From a virus (lineage: Duplodnaviria; Caudoviricetes): a DNA stretch of 64,000 nt. Shown here in pieces: positions 61,359 to 64,000 of this stretch. Numbering within the stretch: the stretch's first letter is position 1; each line of letters begins with the position of its first letter. Under the pieces are notes generated by a model. It saw only the letters and a program-made list of their open reading frames with translations, did not search any database and had not been told where the DNA came from. The stretch lies in IMG/VR virus record IMGVR_UViG_3300010944_000263, positions 1 to 64,000 of that record; one strand, 5' to 3'. The position numbers were made by a program, and so were the translations under genes.

Positions 61359-63140
61359 CTACCCCTGAGCCATTGCGTTGCGTTGCTGAGCATTAAGTTG
61401 AGGGTTTCCACCCATCAAGGTTTGAATCAAAGCGTTATTGCGAGCCTGTTCGGTTCCTCCGCCGCTCACATTGCGACGAATCGTCTCTCGAACAGTGTGC
61501 GGAGACTGACGAATCGTGTTCTGATCGCCACCAAGCATGTCCGATGGATTTGCAAACGTAATGAACCGCTTGAACTCTGGTCGATTCTTCAATCGTGCAA
61601 TTTCGTCGACGATTGCGGCTGCATCGAAGGTTGCTCCAGACGCCTGGAACATCGGCCAGAGAGGCGCGATCTCGCGAAGAACCTGGAATAGCTCCTGGAG
61701 GTGCTGCTCCGGCGTCTTGAACACCATGGAGTACGGTTCAACTTTGAACTCGTAATCCTCGAAGTCTCCTTTTCGATAGTTCGGTGTCCAATCGGACGAC
61801 ACTTGAATGCCGCTATTTTCAACCGGAACAGATGTATGCAGCTCAAGAGTCTGATCCTCCCACATTAAACGACCAAGATCCAGAATGCACTCCGAAGCAA
61901 ACGACACAACTGCCATCCGCATATCAGCCACATTCCTCGTCACGCTTCCATGGATAAGTTCTTCCTGACCAACCGTCGACGCTTGGCTCCCGAGTCCGCC
62001 CATCGCTTGCAAGTTTCCAGCGAAGCGGTCGTACTCTCCTTGCAAGAAAGTTGCGAGTGCCATATCTCGCTGATCAACTCCGCCCATCTCAAATTGCTTG
62101 ATCTGCTCTGGGCTTGTCCCTCGCTGCCAACTGTTTCTTTCGGCTGTTCGCAATCTTTCTGCATCATCTGCCATGTTTGGAGGGTAAACGTTCACAACGC
62201 GGTGCGCGTCTGAATCATCTTCCATGCGACGATGCAATCGATTCTGCAAATCGTGCATCCCTTTCAAATTGATCGCTGGAGATGTCGGTATCACATTGTC
62301 TGGAGTGTCTCCAAGCGAAAGGAACTTGTACGGTCCAGCTTGGGAACCAATCCACTCTCTTTCGATAAGAGGCGGCAAATCCTGGTCGCAAGCCATGGTC
62401 ACGATGGAATTGTTCTCGGCAATCCAAACGTCCATCAGCCAAACCATATCCTTCAAGTCATCATCCTCGGCACTTCCATACTCCGATGCGATATCTCTGA
62501 CTGCACCCGTCGAATCGTGATGACTTCGGCTTGTTGGCTTGAGCTTGTCTCGAACCTTCTTGTTGTACCCAGGCTCGTCCATCACCTTTTCATAATCAGC
62601 TCGGTAGCGATGTCCGCAATACCGCATCTTACTCAGCTCTTTCGCAGGCATGTCCAAAATCAAGTCGTCGAGAGACACTCGGTTGAACCATGGCTCGCCG
62701 GGATCCAGCCAAACATCTTCTTCGGACTCGAGAACGCCATGAAACCTTGTGTCGGTGTCTCGCATCATCACGACACCACAACCAAGGCAAAAGAATGCAT
62801 CCATGACAATCGCTCGGAACGTTTTGTCGAGCGACATATCGCCAATGAGCTTATTCAAGTTCACTTCAAAGCGGCGAGCGAACGCAAGATTCTCCATTCG
62901 AGGAGTATTTACCAAGACCTGCGGATTGTTTGCAGCAAGCGCGACAGTGTAGATACGCGCAGTCTGGTTTATCAGATTCACCAGCGTCTTGTTCTCGGCG
63001 CCAGACTCAGCATACCAAGAACCAACGTAATCTTTGATCAGTTCCTTTCGAACTCGACGAAATGGCTCCAAGGAATCTCGAGACGCCTTGATCGCTTTCA
63101 GTAACCGAGCACGTTTTTCGTTGTTTGATAAGTCTAGCAT
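61359..63140 (-). CDS. Portal protein
   Basis: ~593 aa, first large head gene; podovirus-portal-like size and helical content; call is based mainly on synteny. Confidence 0.75.
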   Translation of the reverse strand: MLDLSNNEKRARLLKAIKASRDSLEPFRRVRKELIKDYVGSWYAESGAENKTLVNLINQTARIYTVALAANNPQVLVNTPRMENLAFARRFEVNLNKLIGDMSLDKTFRAIVMDAFFCLGCGVVMMRDTDTRFHGVLESEEDVWLDPGEPWFNRVSLDDLILDMPAKELSKMRYCGHRYRADYEKVMDEPGYNKKVRDKLKPTSRSHHDSTGAVRDIASEYGSAEDDDLKDMVWLMDVWIAENNSIVTMACDQDLPPLIEREWIGSQAGPYKFLSLGDTPDNVIPTSPAINLKGMHDLQNRLHRRMEDDSDAHRVVNVYPPNMADDAERLRTAERNSWQRGTSPEQIKQFEMGGVDQRDMALATFLQGEYDRFAGNLQAMGGLGSQASTVGQEELIHGSVTRNVADMRMAVVSFASECILDLGRLMWEDQTLELHTSVPVENSGIQVSSDWTPNYRKGDFEDYEFKVEPYSMVFKTPEQHLQELFQVLREIAPLWPMFQASGATFDAAAIVDEIARLKNRPEFKRFITFANPSDMLGGDQNTIRQSPHTVRETIRRNVSGGGTEQARNNALIQTLMGGNPQLNAQQRNAMAQG

Positions 63141-63230
63141 CAACGGTCGGAACAATTGCGGCGTTTCGCCAAGTTACATTCCGACCGGGTTTTAACTCCG
63201 ATCAATCAAAACCAGCCGACAACGCGTCGG

Positions 63231-63446
63231 CTAGCTCTTTTTCGACGAGGCAGGCGAAGACGATTCGCTTGCTTGTGTCGATACCGAGGACTGCCCCGGA
63301 ATGTTTCTAAAAATCGATTTCGCATGAGCAAGGTTCAAAGCCGCTTGCGAAAAATGCAAAGCCTTTTGCCCATCCTGGCTCGCTTTGACTTGATCGCACA
63401 TCTTTGCAACAGCAGCATCAATTTTTTCGTCTAAGTCGTTGTTCAT
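63231..63446 (-). CDS. Hypothetical protein
   Basis: 71 aa; ALHFSQAALNLAHA. Confidence 0.6.
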   Translation of the reverse strand: MNNDLDEKIDAAVAKMCDQVKASQDGQKALHFSQAALNLAHAKSIFRNIPGQSSVSTQASESSSPASSKKS

Positions 63447-63457
63447 TTTTACAGGTT

Positions 63458-63964
63458 CTAGCTCTGTGGAAAGTTTAGTTTCGCAAATTCGCCGAAATGC
63501 TCCCTCGCCATCTTATCATAGCACAATGCCGCCTCCAACTCGGTATGGAAATACTGCGTGTATTTTTTATCGCCAACGTAAAGCGATGCTGTCCAAATTC
63601 TCGGGCGTTCAACTGATCGTTTCGACACTCCCTTGAACCTGCTGAATCCACCCGCTTGCTTCTGCCGATTCCTTCCGTTTTCGGCAGGAGTGCATAGTCT
63701 TAGGTTCGCCTTCGTGTTATCTAATCCATTTGAATTGATGTGGTCAACGTACATTCCGTCGGCAGCATTTAGTAGAAATCGATGCAACAATACCGCCTGC
63801 TGCCTTCCTCGTATCCGCTGTTTCCTTACAGCGTAATAGGTGTTTCCTCCTTGCTGCGCACACCACTTGTGCTGCATAACCAAATCAAGGTCTTCCGCGT
63901 CAATTGACGTTACTAAACCTCTAGTTAGCTGTACCTCAACGCCGCAATTATGTAAAATATCCAT
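63458..63964 (-). CDS. HNH-AP2 homing endonuclease
   Basis: LHRFLL...VDHINSNGLDNTKANLR; AP2 domain SRFKGVS...AALCYDKMAREHFGEFAKLNF. Confidence 0.9.
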   Translation of the reverse strand: MDILHNCGVEVQLTRGLVTSIDAEDLDLVMQHKWCAQQGGNTYYAVRKQRIRGRQQAVLLHRFLLNAADGMYVDHINSNGLDNTKANLRLCTPAENGRNRQKQAGGFSRFKGVSKRSVERPRIWTASLYVGDKKYTQYFHTELEAALCYDKMAREHFGEFAKLNFPQS

Positions 63965-64000
63965 CGCCGAACCTCTACGTTAGGTTTGTCCACCGCCCAG

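Noticed and set aside
1-64000. CRISPR array or mini-array
   Set aside because: No regularly spaced direct repeats; the palindromes are kilobases apart
1-64000. Alternative genetic code or stop-codon recoding
   Set aside because: Long genes are intact under code 11 and end on TAA, TAG and TGA with tight coupling

Overview
The window looks like about 64 kb of a temperate, podovirus-like tailed phage or prophage. A Planctomycetota host is inferred from the CsrA-like, RimI-like and thioredoxin-like genes. Layout: (1) a + strand early/anti-defence operon at 0.2-5.1 kb (RadC/JAB, CsrA-like, GNAT, Dam-like methylase); (2) a - strand replication/recombination module at 5.5-16.1 kb (exonuclease, ERF annealing protein, ParB-like protein, intein-containing SF2 helicase, primase, SSB-like protein, HNHs); (3) a putative lysis cassette at 16.2-18.9 kb; (4) a 5011-aa DarB-like polyvalent protein and tail/ejection genes at 19-47.7 kb; (5) a tyrosine-recombinase island of small accessory genes at 47.8-55.4 kb that splits the structural operon; (6) head genes at 55.5-63.2 kb (fibre, capsid, scaffold, portal). 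The most unusual signals are: a helicase intein whose LAGLIDADG endonuclease is encoded in a second, overlapping reading frame; an Erv1/Alr-type sulfhydryl oxidase next to a Cys-rich tail-region gene; a holin-adjacent papain-like protease fused to a CxxC thioredoxin domain, with no recognisable peptidoglycan hydrolase; small ORFs with Shine-Dalgarno (SD) sites overprinted inside the giant gene; a dispersed palindrome family TTTTGTGACA-N3-TGTCACAAAA; 20-bp direct repeats flanking the accessory cassette; and tRNA-like non-coding folds. All functional calls come from reading motifs by eye; no database searches were run.
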